Shown here piece after piece: positions 28,098-37,803 of a DNA stretch of 64,000 nucleotides; within the stretch, counting starts at the first letter, position 1, and each line of letters opens with the position of its first letter. Under the pieces are notes generated by a model. The model was not told the origin of the DNA, ran no database searches, and worked only from the letters and a program-made list of their open reading frames with translations. This DNA comes from Nitrososphaerota archaeon (GTDB taxonomy: Archaea > Thermoproteota > Nitrososphaeria_A > Caldarchaeales > Calditenuaceae), in contig JAVQSZ010000007.1 of NCBI GenBank assembly GCA_033581555.1, positions 37,093 through 101,092 on the forward strand. Reading direction: 5' to 3'. Both the position numbers and the translations under genes were made by a program.

Positions 28098-28626
28098 GGG
28101 GCGCGACCGGCGCCTTCACCCTCAACCTCAGCACGTAGGCGTTGAAGGCGAGGAGCGCCGCCCCTATGTAGCCTGGGATCATGCCCAGCGTGCTCGCGAC
28201 GCCTATCCCCATCAGCGCCAGGATCAGGGACGGGGCCCATCCGCAGCAGAGGTAGAACGTCGAGGCCAGGGTCCCGATGAACGCGCCAATCGCCGACCCT
28301 CCGCCGACGACGAGGCACGTCCTGAGCCTTCCCTGCGCGTAGAGCGTGAGGAGGTAGAAGGCGTTCAGCGCCAGGAGGAAGGAGAGGAGGGCCCCTAGGA
28401 GCACCGCGTAGACCTTCAGCGTCACGACGAACCCGTCGCCGATCAGCTGGAGCGCCGGGCCCGTGTAGGCTTGCGACTCGATGAAGGCCGGGGTCACCAC
28501 GATCCCCGAGATCCCTATTCTGGGGGTTGTCCAGACGGAAGCGGCTCCGGAGAGCGACGAGAACGCGACGAAGTACGCGGCCCCGAGGACCGATCCGACG
28601 ACCGCGGTGGCTGCGGTCGACCTCAT
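28087..28626 (-). CDS. Integral membrane protein with CCG motif
   Basis: About four hydrophobic segments, YLCCGWAP. Confidence 0.78.
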   Translation of the reverse strand: MRSTAATAVVGSVLGAAYFVAFSSLSGAASVWTTPRIGISGIVVTPAFIESQAYTGPALQLIGDGFVVTLKVYAVLLGALLSFLLALNAFYLLTLYAQGRLRTCLVVGGGSAIGAFIGTLASTFYLCCGWAPSLILALMGIGVASTLGMIPGYIGAALLAFNAYVLRLRVKAPVAPLRR

Positions 28627-28698
28627 GCCGTTCGGACCCGGTCAGGGCGAGTTATTTCCTTAATCCTGAAGCTCCCGGCTGGATGTCCGAGAGTGCGG

Positions 28699-30321
28699 TC
28701 AGCCGCCTCCTGCGCCGGGGACGCGGGCGTATTGTGAGAGGATCTCGTCCAGCCTCTCAGGCCCGAGGTCGTAGAGGTATGGGCCGAGCCGTGGGCCGCT
28801 GTCCCTGTTGAGTAAAACCCTGTAGAAGTACCTGAAGGTCTCCGCGGGGTCGACGCCCCTCGCCCTCGACCTGTTGAAGACCTCGCTCTGGATCTCCTCC
28901 GGTCCCGCTCTCCTCCTCACCGCCTCCGCGACCTCCCTGATCACCGCCATGACCTCCGCCGGCACCTCGACCCTGGAGGGCCTCGCCGCGACGCCGAAGT
29001 CGTTGACGTAGTTCACCGCGTACCAGATCCTCTTCCGGACCTCCTCGGAGCTGACGTCGTAGCCGTACCTCTTAAGCCTCTCAAGGACGAAATCCTCCCT
29101 CCTCTCCGGGGGAGCGACCGATACGAGGTCCACCAGGAGTCTGTACGGCACCTTGACCGAGGGCCTGGTCCTCGGCCTCAGCATGTGGGCGTGCTCGTAG
29201 AGGCCCCTCAGCCTGACCGTCCTGAAGTCGGTCGCTCCCTTGGTCCTGAAGTAAAGCTCCTCCAGCTTGTCGAGCTCGTCCATCATCCTGATGATGGTGG
29301 AGGTCGAGATCCTCCTAGTGCCCACGGACCTCTTAAGCAGGTAGAGCGTGAGGCTCGGGGGCGAGGCGTACCTGTACCACATCTGCGGCGTGAAGACGTT
29401 CCCCGTCGACTTGGAGATCTTCCTGCCGACCGCGTCGAGGAACATCTCATACCTCACGTGGTAGGGGTGAGGGTGTCCGAGGACGTTCTCCGAGACCCAG
29501 TCGTTCACCTTCACGGAGTCCGCAATGTCCTTCCCGTATGCCTCGAACCTGACGTCCAGGGCAGCCCACCTGGCCGCGAACTCGACCTTCCAGGCCAGCT
29601 TGCCGTCGTCGGTGTCGATCCTAGCCTCGCCTTCGTGGCCGCAGCCGGCGAACCACCCGGACTTCAGCTGCACCCCGACGCACCTATACCTCACGGTCCC
29701 GCGCCTGGCATCGAACTCGTAGGCCTCAGCGGTGTAGATCCTGCCGCAGCCCCCGCAGACCGGGAAGTAGGGCAGGACCCTGGTGAACTTCTCCTGACCG
29801 GTCATCTCCCTGATGACCTCCCCGACCCTCCTCCAGTCCGAGAGGATCTTCCCGATCTGTTCCCTCAACAGCCCGGTCTTGTACGCCTCTCTGCCCGACA
29901 TGAACCTGTACTCGAGCCCGGCCTCGTCGAGGGCCTCCCGGAGCATCGCTGCCATGCTCTCCGCGAAAGACCCGAAGTTCCCGAACGGGTCCGGAACGTC
30001 GGAGACCGGCTTGAGGAGGTGCTCGTTGAGCCAGGAGGGGAGGTTCGCGGGGACCTTCCTGAGTCCGTCCATGTCGTCGCAGAAGACGATCAGCTCCGAC
30101 CGATACCCCATGTCCCTGAGGGCCAGGGTCACCGCGTGGGCCCTGACCGCGTCGGCCATGCTCCCGATGTGGGGTATTCCGCTGGCTCCGAACCCGCTCT
30201 CGGTCCTGATCACGTCCAGGCTCCTCCCCAGCTCCCGCTCCCTCTGGACCAGCCTGTGGGCGACCATGTCCATCCAGGTGCCCCTTCCGATCGCCCTCCT
30301 CTCCGCCGACTCGCCCTCCAT
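28699..30321 (-). CDS. lysS: Class I lysyl-tRNA synthetase
   Basis: GASGIPHIGS, DDMDGLRKVP, GKLAWKVEFAARW, KISKSTGN, GPRLG. Confidence 0.97.
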   Translation of the reverse strand: MEGESAERRAIGRGTWMDMVAHRLVQRERELGRSLDVIRTESGFGASGIPHIGSMADAVRAHAVTLALRDMGYRSELIVFCDDMDGLRKVPANLPSWLNEHLLKPVSDVPDPFGNFGSFAESMAAMLREALDEAGLEYRFMSGREAYKTGLLREQIGKILSDWRRVGEVIREMTGQEKFTRVLPYFPVCGGCGRIYTAEAYEFDARRGTVRYRCVGVQLKSGWFAGCGHEGEARIDTDDGKLAWKVEFAARWAALDVRFEAYGKDIADSVKVNDWVSENVLGHPHPYHVRYEMFLDAVGRKISKSTGNVFTPQMWYRYASPPSLTLYLLKRSVGTRRISTSTIIRMMDELDKLEELYFRTKGATDFRTVRLRGLYEHAHMLRPRTRPSVKVPYRLLVDLVSVAPPERREDFVLERLKRYGYDVSSEEVRKRIWYAVNYVNDFGVAARPSRVEVPAEVMAVIREVAEAVRRRAGPEEIQSEVFNRSRARGVDPAETFRYFYRVLLNRDSGPRLGPYLYDLGPERLDEILSQYARVPGAGGG

Positions 30322-30399
30322 TCCCCGCGTCAGCCCTCCGGAGAGGAAATTAACCGTGCGCCTCCGGAACCCCTAATAGCGGGGCCGGTCCTCTGCCCT

Positions 30400-30464
30400 C
30401 GGGGATGAGGAGAGCTGCAGTATCAGAGGACTCCTGATGATGTCCCCAGCTCACTCTGACCCCC
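30400..30464 (+). ncRNA. Box C/D methylation-guide sRNA (candidate)
   Basis: C GGGATGA 30402-08, 15-nt spacer, D' CAGA 30424-27, linker GGACTC, C' CTGATGA 30434-40, 15-nt spacer, D CTGA 30456-59. Confidence 0.78.
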
Positions 30465-30896
30465 TCCACCTATGGCCTCGACGAGCTCCTTCGGCAGGTC
30501 CCTGGACCTCATCTCCTTCGGGTCGACGCAGACGTAGGTTATCGAGCCGGCCGCGACCAGCTCGCCGTCCCTCAGGACCTCCCCCCTGAAGGTGACCGAC
30601 CTCGCCCCGATCCTCTCGAGCCTAATCCCAACCTCAAGTAGGTCGTTCATCTTGAGAGGCCTCAGCATCCTGCACTGGTACTCCCCGGTCACGATGGTCC
30701 AATCGACGCTCCGGCCGCCGACCAGCATGTTCCCCCGCTCGTCGAACTCGAGTCCCCTCTCCCTCATGAAGTCCTGGACCGCGTCGTCGATCCACTCGAC
30801 GTACTTCGGGAAGAAGACCCTCGTGGTGCAGTCGGTCTCCGCGAACCTCACCCTCCTCCTCGAGACGTGGAGGTAACCGGACCCCACGCCGTTCAC
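30423..30896 (-). CDS. Acyl-CoA thioesterase (4HBT/YbgC hot-dog fold)
   Basis: RVRFAETDCTTRVFFPKYVEW...IGARSVTF...GSITYVCVD. Confidence 0.88.
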   Translation of the reverse strand: MNGVGSGYLHVSRRRVRFAETDCTTRVFFPKYVEWIDDAVQDFMRERGLEFDERGNMLVGGRSVDWTIVTGEYQCRMLRPLKMNDLLEVGIRLERIGARSVTFRGEVLRDGELVAAGSITYVCVDPKEMRSRDLPKELVEAIGGGGQSELGTSSGVL

Positions 30897-30925
30897 CGAG
30901 TCCCTGGAGGGAATATGGGTTGCGG

Positions 30926-32008
30926 CTAGAACTCGGTCAGCGTCCTCTGACCCCTTGTCCTCACGAGGTCGTAGAGCCTCACCCCGGCCCTCCTCAGCCT
31001 CAGCCCCTGGACCTCGCCGAGCATCTCCGCGAAGAGCGACCTCAGGGCCCTCACTACCGGCTCCCTCTCCCTGTTCGGCCTCTGGAGGGTGAGGGACCTC
31101 GTGTAGGTCTTCAGGTCGGTCGATATCCCGATCGCGCCGACGCCCCGGTGCGCGAGCCCCTCCGCGTTCAGCCTCGTGATCAGGTCGTCGACCGGGGCCG
31201 AGAGCTGTCTGAGGATCTCCTCGACGTCGGAGCTGTCCCGCTTCAGCGTCACGATCCTGCTCAACTGCTTCCGCTCGGACCTCGGCGCGACGGGCTCGTC
31301 GTACTGGCCCCTGCTCGCGAGGTAGAGGTAAGTCCCGAGCGCCCTCCCGAACCTCTCCGTCAGGACCTGTGGGTCGGCCCTAGCGAGGTCCCCTACAGTC
31401 TCTATCCCCATCTCCTTCAGCCTGGCACCGACCTTCCTCCCGACAAACGGGAGCTCGGTCACCGGGAGGTCCCTGAGGAAGGACTCGACGTCGTCGGGCC
31501 TCACGACCATCAGGCCGTCGGGCTTGGACCTGTCGCAAGCGACCTTCGCGACCAGCTTGTTCGGCCCGATCCCCACCGAGCACTTGAGCCCGGTCGCGTC
31601 CCTCACCGCCCTCTTCATCTCCGCCCCCACCCTCTCCGCGCCCTCGAACCCTCCCGCGGCCTCGGTCACGTCCAGGAACGCCTCGTCGACGCTCACCACC
31701 TCCATCGCGCCCGAGAAAACCTCCAGCGCCTCGAAGGCCCTCCTCGAGAGCTCTAGGTAGTACGCCTTGTCGACCGGGAGGATCACCGCGTCCGCTCCCT
31801 TGAGCCTCTGGACCGCCTCCCTGATCGGCATCCCGGCCTTCACGCCGAAGGACCTGGCCGCGTAGTTCGCCGACGCGACCGCGCCGCTCAGCTCGTCCCT
31901 CCCGGAGAAGACGCAGACTACGACCGGCCTCTTGGATATCTCGGGCCTCCTCAGCTCCTCCGCCTGCGCGAAGAAGTAGTCGACGTCGACGCAGGCTATC
32001 ACCCTCAT
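30926..32008 (-). CDS. dinB: Y-family DNA polymerase IV (Dpo4/Dbh)
   Basis: CVDVDYFFAQAEE, SANYAARSFGVKAGMP, SVDEAFLD, SVGIGPNKLVAK, C-terminal PIP QRTLTEF; ATG 32008. Confidence 0.96.
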   Translation of the reverse strand: MRVIACVDVDYFFAQAEELRRPEISKRPVVVCVFSGRDELSGAVASANYAARSFGVKAGMPIREAVQRLKGADAVILPVDKAYYLELSRRAFEALEVFSGAMEVVSVDEAFLDVTEAAGGFEGAERVGAEMKRAVRDATGLKCSVGIGPNKLVAKVACDRSKPDGLMVVRPDDVESFLRDLPVTELPFVGRKVGARLKEMGIETVGDLARADPQVLTERFGRALGTYLYLASRGQYDEPVAPRSERKQLSRIVTLKRDSSDVEEILRQLSAPVDDLITRLNAEGLAHRGVGAIGISTDLKTYTRSLTLQRPNREREPVVRALRSLFAEMLGEVQGLRLRRAGVRLYDLVRTRGQRTLTEF

Positions 32009-32063
32009 CCGGCTCTCCTCCGGTCCAGGAATCCTAATCACTCGGGGCCTGATAACGGGTGCC

Positions 32064-33308
32064 GTGCCCGACAAGGTCCTCGTCCTGATGCTCGACGGCC
32101 TCGGCGACAGGCCCTCCAAGGAGCTGGGACTGATGACGCCCCTCCAGGCCGCGAGGAAGGTCGCGCTGGACCTGATCGCCTCCGAGGGGATGACCGGGCT
32201 CCTCGACCCCTACGCTCCCGGGGTGCCGGTCGGGAGTGACACCGGACACCTCTCGATACTCGGATACGACCCCAAGGCCTATTACACTGGCAGGGGCCCC
32301 CTCGAGGCGCTGGGCGCGGGCGTGGACCTGAGGCCCGGGGACGTCGCGTTCAGGGTGAACATGGCGACCGTCGACGACGACTGGAACCTCGTCGACAGGA
32401 GGGCCGGCAGGATCTCGACGGAGGAGGCGAGGGAGCTGGGCAGGGCGGTCGCGGAGCTCGCTGAGGGCTTCGACTCGGTCCTCAAGTTCGAGTACCACCC
32501 AACCGTAGAGCACAGGGGCGTCCTCGTGATCAGGGGGGAGCTGGCGTCTCCCTCGGTCACGGACGTCGACCCGCACAGGGAGGGCGTGCGGGTCCAGATG
32601 CCTAGGCCTACGGAAGGCACCAAGGCCGCGAGGGTCACCGCCGAGGAGCTCTCGAGGTTCCTGCTCAGGGCGAAGGAGGTCCTCGAGAGGCACCCGGTCA
32701 ACTCCTCGAGGAGGCAGAGGGGCCTCAGCCCTGCCAACGCGATACTCCCGAGGGGCGGCGGCGTGATGCCGAGGCTCCCCTCGCTGGCCGAGAGGTACGG
32801 GATCAGGTCGGTCGTGATAGCGGGCGGCGCGCTCTACAGGGGGGTCTGCAGGGCCGCGGGGATGGACGTCAGGATCGTCCCGACCGCGACGGGAACCCTC
32901 AACACCGACCTCAGGGCGAAGTTCGAGGCCGCGGTCGACTCGCTGAGGGCCTACGACCTCGTCTTCCTCCACATCAAGGGCACCGACACCGCCTCTCACG
33001 ACAGGAGGCCCGCGGTCAAGAGAGACTTCATCGAGCGGATCGACGGGGAGCTCCGGAGGCACCTCGACGCTGTCCTCACAGATGCCGTGGTCTGTGTGAC
33101 CGGCGACCACACGACTAGCTCCCTCGACGGGAGGCACCACGGCGACCCGGTCCCGGTCGCGATTGCCGGGGAGGGCGTGAGGAGGGACGACGTCGTCAGG
33201 TTCGACGAGGTCAACTGCGGGAGAGGGTCGATGGGGAGGATGAGGGGCCTGGACTTGATGAACGTCCTGATGGACCTGATCGGCAGGGTCGAGATGTACG
33301 GAGAGTGA
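32064..33308 (+). CDS. apgM: Cofactor-independent phosphoglycerate mutase, archaeal type
   Basis: LDGLGDRP, TPLQAA, GSDTGHLSILGYDP, GRGPLEALG, HIKGTDTASHD, TGDHTT. Confidence 0.95.
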   Translation: MPDKVLVLMLDGLGDRPSKELGLMTPLQAARKVALDLIASEGMTGLLDPYAPGVPVGSDTGHLSILGYDPKAYYTGRGPLEALGAGVDLRPGDVAFRVNMATVDDDWNLVDRRAGRISTEEARELGRAVAELAEGFDSVLKFEYHPTVEHRGVLVIRGELASPSVTDVDPHREGVRVQMPRPTEGTKAARVTAEELSRFLLRAKEVLERHPVNSSRRQRGLSPANAILPRGGGVMPRLPSLAERYGIRSVVIAGGALYRGVCRAAGMDVRIVPTATGTLNTDLRAKFEAAVDSLRAYDLVFLHIKGTDTASHDRRPAVKRDFIERIDGELRRHLDAVLTDAVVCVTGDHTTSSLDGRHHGDPVPVAIAGEGVRRDDVVRFDEVNCGRGSMGRMRGLDLMNVLMDLIGRVEMYGE

Positions 33309-33578
33309 CCCGATGGGAGGGCGTGCGTCCGAAGGTCGGCTGACTCGCGAAGCGCTCTAATCGATGACACCGGCCGAACGATTGCGGAGTTCCCCCGAGG
33401 GCGCTGAGGGCTGATGCCGATAACAGGCTACGCGAACTGGGGGCCGAATTCAAGGCGGAGACCGACAGGTCGCGGGCAGAGATCAGGGAGATGAGGGCGA
33501 TCGTGCTGGGCGGGTTCATCGCGGTGATAGTCGCGTCCCGTCTCGTGGCGAAGAACTGAGGCAACGCTACCCATCCGA

Positions 33579-33800
33579 CTACTTCTCCCTCCTCCTGCGG
33601 GAGGGCCGCTCGGGGGCGAAGGCCTCCCTCACGAGCTCCGTCGTTTTACAGGAGTGGGCGACTTCTGCCTCGAACCTCGCCTCGAGGTAGAGGTCCCTGT
33701 CGATCACGCCGGACTCGTAGAGGTCCCTAAGCTCCTTCACCCGCTCCGAGAGCCCAGAGGTCTCGGACTTGATCCGCGCGAGCCTCTCCCTCACGCTCAT
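33579..33800 (-). CDS. Small hypothetical protein with SHOCT-like motif, coupled to rps19e
   Basis: ATGA overlap with the rps19e stop; VKELRDLYESGVIDRDLYLEAR. Confidence 0.6.
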   Translation of the reverse strand: MSVRERLARIKSETSGLSERVKELRDLYESGVIDRDLYLEARFEAEVAHSCKTTELVREAFAPERPSRRRREK

Positions 33801-34216
33801 GAGCCCTTCAGGATCCTATCGCAGAACTCCTCGACCAGCTCCCTTCCCTTCTCAGTCAGCACCCTGCCCTTGTTCCCCTGCTTAGTCACGAGGTTAGCGG
33901 CCTCGAGCTGCTGGAGGGCCTCCCTGATGACGCTCCCGCTCCCCGGGGCCGAGTGGGGCTTCCTGTGGCCCATCCGGTGCCTGTCGCTGTACTCCCTCCT
34001 CAGCCTCGAGACGCCTATCGGGCCCCTCAGGTAGAGCTTCCGGAGGAGCGAGGCGCACCTGACGTACCACCAGTCCGGGTCCGCGGGAGGTCTCTCCTTC
34101 GCGACGCCGGTCTTCGCGAACTTTGCCCACGGCGGCGGCGTCACCAGCTTCCTCTCCTTCAGGTACCTCGAGAGCTCCGAGATCAGCCTCCACGGCTCGA
34201 CCAGCTTGACGCTCAA
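33797..34216 (-). CDS. rps19e: 30S ribosomal protein S19e
   Basis: PPWAKFAKTGVAKERPP.DPDWWYVRCASLLRKLY...GSVIREALQQLE...GRVLT. Confidence 0.97.
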   Translation of the reverse strand: MSVKLVEPWRLISELSRYLKERKLVTPPPWAKFAKTGVAKERPPADPDWWYVRCASLLRKLYLRGPIGVSRLRREYSDRHRMGHRKPHSAPGSGSVIREALQQLEAANLVTKQGNKGRVLTEKGRELVEEFCDRILKGS

Positions 34217-34251
34217 CCTGGAGGGCTTCGGGCAGGCCGGCTATTTGAGTG

Positions 34252-35142
34252 TCACACGCTGAGATAAGCTCCCAGGACGTACCTCCTGATCCAGTCCTTC
34301 GCGACCGCGTGGAGCGGGGCCTTGAGGGCCGACTCGTACTCCCTGATGACGATCTCCGCGATGGTGCCGTGGTCAAGCTTCTCGTCCTTAAGGGTCCTGA
34401 TCTTCTCGAACCAGCTCCCGTAGAGGCTCAGCTCCTCCTCCCTCATCTCCTCGGTCGCGAGGTACGTGCCGTAGTGGGTTATCATGACCAGCTTCGCTCC
34501 GAGGTCGAAGATCCGGTCGATGCTCCTGAGGCCCTGCTCGACGTCGAACTTCGGCGGGACCGTGTCCGGGAGCGGGAAGCTGAAGAGCGGGCCCCTGGTC
34601 GCCAGGGCGTCCCCTGCGAGGACGTAGTTGTGCGGCATGAGCAGGTACGCGACGTGGTGGGGCGCGTGGCCCGGAGTGTAGATCGCCCTCAGCGTCACGC
34701 CCCCGACCTCTATGTCCTCCTCGTCGGAGACCTCCGCCACCCTCGAAGGGTCCACCGGGTCCATCCCGCCCATCGCCTCGAAGTCCCTGGGCCTGAAGAT
34801 GGACTTCGTCGCTTCGAGGAGCTTTGAAGGGTCCGCGAGGTGCCTGGAGCCCTTCGGGTGGACCAGCACCGTCGCGTTGGGGAAGTCCCTGACGAACTTC
34901 GGCGCGGCGCCGCAGTGGTCGAGGTGGACGTGGGTCAGAGCGACCACGCTCAGCTCCTCCCTCGTGACCCCAATCGCCTTCAGGGCCCTCAGGACCCTCT
35001 CGTACCTGGAGGCGTAACCTGTGTCGACGACGATCGCCTTTCCGTTAGTTTTGATGAGGAACGTCGCGTTGGTCCGGTCGTAGTAGAGGCCCCCGTTGTC
35101 GATGACGTAGACTCCCTTTCCGATGTGAGCCACTCCGTCCAT
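34252..35142 (-). CDS. MBL-fold metallo-hydrolase
   Basis: VDTG, LTHVHLDHCGA, TPGHAPHH, AGDA, THYG; ATG 35142 with GGAGGT upstream. Confidence 0.92.
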   Translation of the reverse strand: MDGVAHIGKGVYVIDNGGLYYDRTNATFLIKTNGKAIVVDTGYASRYERVLRALKAIGVTREELSVVALTHVHLDHCGAAPKFVRDFPNATVLVHPKGSRHLADPSKLLEATKSIFRPRDFEAMGGMDPVDPSRVAEVSDEEDIEVGGVTLRAIYTPGHAPHHVAYLLMPHNYVLAGDALATRGPLFSFPLPDTVPPKFDVEQGLRSIDRIFDLGAKLVMITHYGTYLATEEMREEELSLYGSWFEKIRTLKDEKLDHGTIAEIVIREYESALKAPLHAVAKDWIRRYVLGAYLSV

Positions 35143-35204
35143 ACCTCCCCTCGGCGACTCTACCCCAGAAATATAGGTTGAAGGAGCTCGCGACGGCCCC
35201 GAGT

Positions 35205-36044
35205 TCAGCGCTCTATCGGCATCCCGACCGCGTTGCCCCACTCGCTCCAGCTGCCGTCGTAGTTGCGGACCTTCGGGTAGTTCAGGAGGTGCTTCAGCAC
35301 GAACCACGTCACCGAGGACCTCTCGCCGATCCTGCAGTAGACGATCACCTCCTTGTCAGGCGTGACGCCCGCGGACTCGTAGAGCCTCCTGAGCTCCTCT
35401 GAGCTCTTGAAGGTTCCGTCCTCGTTGAGGGCCTTACCCCACGGTATGTTGACCGCTCCGGGGATGTGGCCTCCGCGCTGGGCGTGCTCGGTCGGGTACT
35501 CCGGCGGCGCGAGGATCTTCCCGGTGAACTCGTCCGGAGACCTCACGTCGACCAGCGCGACCTGCGGGCTCCCGAGCCTCGTCCTGACGTCGTTCATGAA
35601 GACCCTGAACTCGTAGTTGACCCTGGTGACCCGGTACTGCGCCGGCGGATACGTCGGGACATCCTTCGTGAGCTCCCTCTCCTCCGCGATCCACTTCTTC
35701 CTCCCCCCGTCCATCAGGCTGACCCTCTCGTGGTTGTAGAGCCTCATCACCCAGAACGCGAAGGCCGCGAACCAGTTGTTGAAGTCGCCGTAGAGGACGA
35801 CGTGGGTCTCGTTCGAGATGCCGCTCCTCGACATCAGGGCCTCGAAGCCCTCCTTCGAGACGATGTTCCTCTCGAGCTGGTCGTTGATGTCCCTCTTCCA
35901 GTCCCAAAGGATCGCGCCCGGCACGTGCCCTTGATTGTACGCGGTCTGGGGGTCGTAGTCGACCTCGACGATCCTCACGTCGGGGTTCCTGAGGTTCCTC
36001 GCGACCCACTCGGTCGATACCAACGGTGGGATATGCGCGCTCAT
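35205..36044 (-). CDS. Two-domain sulfurtransferase (rhodanese; CysA/TtuD-like)
   Basis: GHVPGA, MDGGRKKW, DVRSPDEF, GHIPGA, YCRIGERS, YDGSWSEWG. Confidence 0.95.
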   Translation of the reverse strand: MSAHIPPLVSTEWVARNLRNPDVRIVEVDYDPQTAYNQGHVPGAILWDWKRDINDQLERNIVSKEGFEALMSRSGISNETHVVLYGDFNNWFAAFAFWVMRLYNHERVSLMDGGRKKWIAEERELTKDVPTYPPAQYRVTRVNYEFRVFMNDVRTRLGSPQVALVDVRSPDEFTGKILAPPEYPTEHAQRGGHIPGAVNIPWGKALNEDGTFKSSEELRRLYESAGVTPDKEVIVYCRIGERSSVTWFVLKHLLNYPKVRNYDGSWSEWGNAVGMPIER

Positions 36045-36202
36045 ATCTCGGGCTTATTGCATACTAAGGGAGTTATATGAAAATGCTGGAGCTACTCGGC
36101 TGGTTGATCCGGGACGGGGAGCGGACTTCCGGCGGCGGACTTCCATCGACGGAACGCGAGGGAATAACCTTATTAAGCGAGGATTATTAAAAGACGCTCG
36201 AG

Positions 36203-36439
36203 ATGCCGATCGCGTTCGTCCTGATCAACACCGAGATCGGGTCCGAGGAGGAGGTCCTTAGGAAGCTCCAGAGCATACCTGCGGTGAAGGAGGCCTACGC
36301 GGTCTACGGCGTCTACGACATCGTCGCGAAGGTCGAGGCGGAGAACATGGAGAAGCTGAAGGAGATCGTCTCGTGGAACATCAGGAGGCTCGAGAAGGTC
36401 AGGTCGACGCTGACGATGCTCGTGATGAGCTCTACCTGA
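36203..36439 (+). CDS. Stand-alone RAM (Lrp/AsnC ligand-binding) domain protein
   Basis: AFVLINTEIG...VYGVYDIVAKVE...IRRLEKVRSTLTM; TATA-like ttattaa upstream. Confidence 0.92.
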   Translation: MPIAFVLINTEIGSEEEVLRKLQSIPAVKEAYAVYGVYDIVAKVEAENMEKLKEIVSWNIRRLEKVRSTLTMLVMSST

Positions 36440-36519
36440 GGAGCACCGAGCGCTCCGCGGACCTCCTTCGCGCTGAGTTGTGAGGTAAGCTTTTTGGGAC
36501 AGAGCCAGCCGATCAGCGC

Positions 36520-36849
36520 GTGAACGGTCTGGACATCAAAGTGTCGCCGCTCGCGGTCCAGAAGATGAAGGAGATACTGGAGGAGGCGGGCGGGTCGTTC
36601 GGGGTCAGGATCTTCGTCAGCGAGGGGTGTTGTGGTCCCGCGTACGGGCTGGCCCTCGACGACCAGGTCAACGGCGACGACCTCGTCATCAACGTCGACG
36701 GCGTCACGTTCATCGTCGACAGCTTCTCCGCTGAGAGGCTCCAGGGTGTCGAGCTCGACTACGCGACCACGCCGTACGGCGAGGGGTTCGTCGTCAAGGG
36801 CGCGAGGCCTTCGGGAGGGCACAGCTGCTCCTGCGGTTGCGGCCACTGA
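36520..36849 (+). CDS. HesB/IscA-type iron-sulfur carrier protein
   Basis: EGCCGPAYGLALD...LDY...GFV...CSCGCG. Confidence 0.9.
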   Translation: MNGLDIKVSPLAVQKMKEILEEAGGSFGVRIFVSEGCCGPAYGLALDDQVNGDDLVINVDGVTFIVDSFSAERLQGVELDYATTPYGEGFVVKGARPSGGHSCSCGCGH

Positions 36850-36873
36850 CCCGGCTCGGGCCAGGCGGAGAAC

Positions 36874-37362
36874 ATGTCCTCGAGCCCAGAGGACCTCAAG
36901 GGGAAGAGGGCGCCGGACTTCGAGCTCCCAACCTCCGACGGAAGGACCTTCAAGCTCTCCGAGGCCCTGAAGTCCGGGAGGTATGTCGTCCTCTACTTCT
37001 ACCCGATGGCCGACACTCCGGGCTGCACCAAGGAGGCCTGCGGCTTCAGGGACGCCCTCCCAGACCTCTCGCGGCTCGGGGCGATAGTGGTCGGCGTCAG
37101 CACCGACCCGCCGGAGAGGAACGCGAAGTTCGCTAAGAAGTACGGACTCAACTTCACCCTGCTCAGCGACGTCGACGGTGATGTCTCGAGGGCCTACGGG
37201 TCCTTCAACCCGGTCTTCAGGAAGTCGAGGCGCCACACGTTCGTCATCGCTCCCGACGGCACCGTGGTGGGCGTCTTCACGAAGGTCAACCCCGCGGAGC
37301 ACGCGAGAGAGGTCGAGGGGTTCCTGAGGGGTTTGGCCTCTCAGGCCCGGGCCTCGTCGTAG
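36874..37362 (+). CDS. bcp: Peroxiredoxin, BCP/PrxQ
   Basis: LYFYPMADTPGCTKEACGFRD. Confidence 0.95.
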   Translation: MSSSPEDLKGKRAPDFELPTSDGRTFKLSEALKSGRYVVLYFYPMADTPGCTKEACGFRDALPDLSRLGAIVVGVSTDPPERNAKFAKKYGLNFTLLSDVDGDVSRAYGSFNPVFRKSRRHTFVIAPDGTVVGVFTKVNPAEHAREVEGFLRGLASQARASS

Positions 37363-37796
37363 GCCTTCAGCCTCTCTACGTTGCCCCTCTCCGACTCGTC
37401 GATCGACTCGACCGAGAGCCAGGCGTCGACGATCTCCTTCGCGACCTGCGGCGAGGTGAGCCTCCCGCTCAGCGCGAGGACGTTCGCGTCGTTCCAGAGC
37501 CTCGCCCCCCTGGCGGTCTCCGAGTCGAAGCAGAGGGCTGCCCTGACTCCCCTCACCTTGTTGGCCGCGATCGAGACGCCGGTCCCCGTGTAGCAGACCA
37601 CGACGCCCCAGTCGACCTCGCCCTTGACGACCATCTCCCCCACTCTAGTCCCGACGTCGGGCCAGGGCTCCACCTTCCCCGTCCTGAGCGAGCCCAGCTC
37701 TATCACCTCGTAGCCCTTCGACCTCAGGTGCTCGACGACAGCCTTCGCCGCGGGGTAGAGGTCGTCAGCGCCGACGGCGACCCTCCTGCCCCTCAT
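37341..37796 (-). CDS. RpiB/LacA/LacB family sugar-phosphate isomerase
   Basis: CYTGTGVSIAANKVRGVRAALC...ARLWNDANVL. Confidence 0.9.
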   Translation of the reverse strand: MRGRRVAVGADDLYPAAKAVVEHLRSKGYEVIELGSLRTGKVEPWPDVGTRVGEMVVKGEVDWGVVVCYTGTGVSIAANKVRGVRAALCFDSETARGARLWNDANVLALSGRLTSPQVAKEIVDAWLSVESIDESERGNVERLKAYDEARA

Positions 37797-37803
37797 GGGG
37801 CTT

